The notes below the pieces were generated by a model. That model had not been told where the DNA came from. It was given only the letters and a program-made list of their open reading frames with translations, and did no database searches. Source: Octopus vulgaris (Eukaryota). From it: DNA of 64,000 bases. Positions 63,701 through 64,000 of this stretch are shown one piece after another (positions within the stretch are counted from its first letter, which is position 1; every line of letters begins with the position of its first letter). Location: NCBI GenBank assembly GCA_951406725.2, contig OX597818.1, positions 107,322,001-107,386,000 on the forward strand. Reading direction: 5' to 3'. Position numbers and translations under genes: made by a program.

Positions 63701-64000
63701 AAGATAAAGACTGGTTGGGTGAATAGTTTGAGCAAGTCTGGTGGGGGGGAGGTCTTGAGAAAGCAAAGATTCTATAAATGTCACCAATTGTTGTACAGTG
63801 TTTAGATGAACGTCAACAGAAGTTCTTGTTATTTTCATGCTCAAGTCCTGGGGTTGTAGTAGAAGCAGGAGACTGGGAACTGCTTCCTTGCAGAGAAATG
63901 GTTTTGCTCTGTTTATTTTGTATATTATTACGATACCTTGCATTACCATCCAAACACGATGGCATCGCATTGTCTTTGACATAAATTGCAATCTCTTTTG

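Overview
AT-rich, microsatellite-dense eukaryotic DNA with no intact protein-coding gene. The repeat families and (TA)n/(TG)n/(TATC)n/(GAT)n load point to a coleoid cephalopod, most likely Octopus (inference). Almost every ORF in the track is a microsatellite artefact or a decayed transposon frame. Recognisable contents: RTE LINEs and their (GAT)n-tailed 3' fragments; CR1-like, Hero-like (RLE) and possibly L1/Tx1 relics; two mariner elements; a hAT dimerisation-domain relic; hAT and piggyBac MITEs; several tRNA-derived SINE families; and many Penelope-like element (PLE) relics (RT, GIY-YIG, pseudo-LTR pieces in TA runs). The most notable signal is a set of minimal type-I hammerhead ribozyme (HHR) motifs in four architectures: ordinary PLE ends, head-to-head palindromes with one HHR on each strand (12061-12266), a long fold-back element (34547-35008), and the 3' end of a tRNA-headed SINE (38336-38810). 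All calls are by eye; no database search or folding program was run, and repeat boundaries are approximate.
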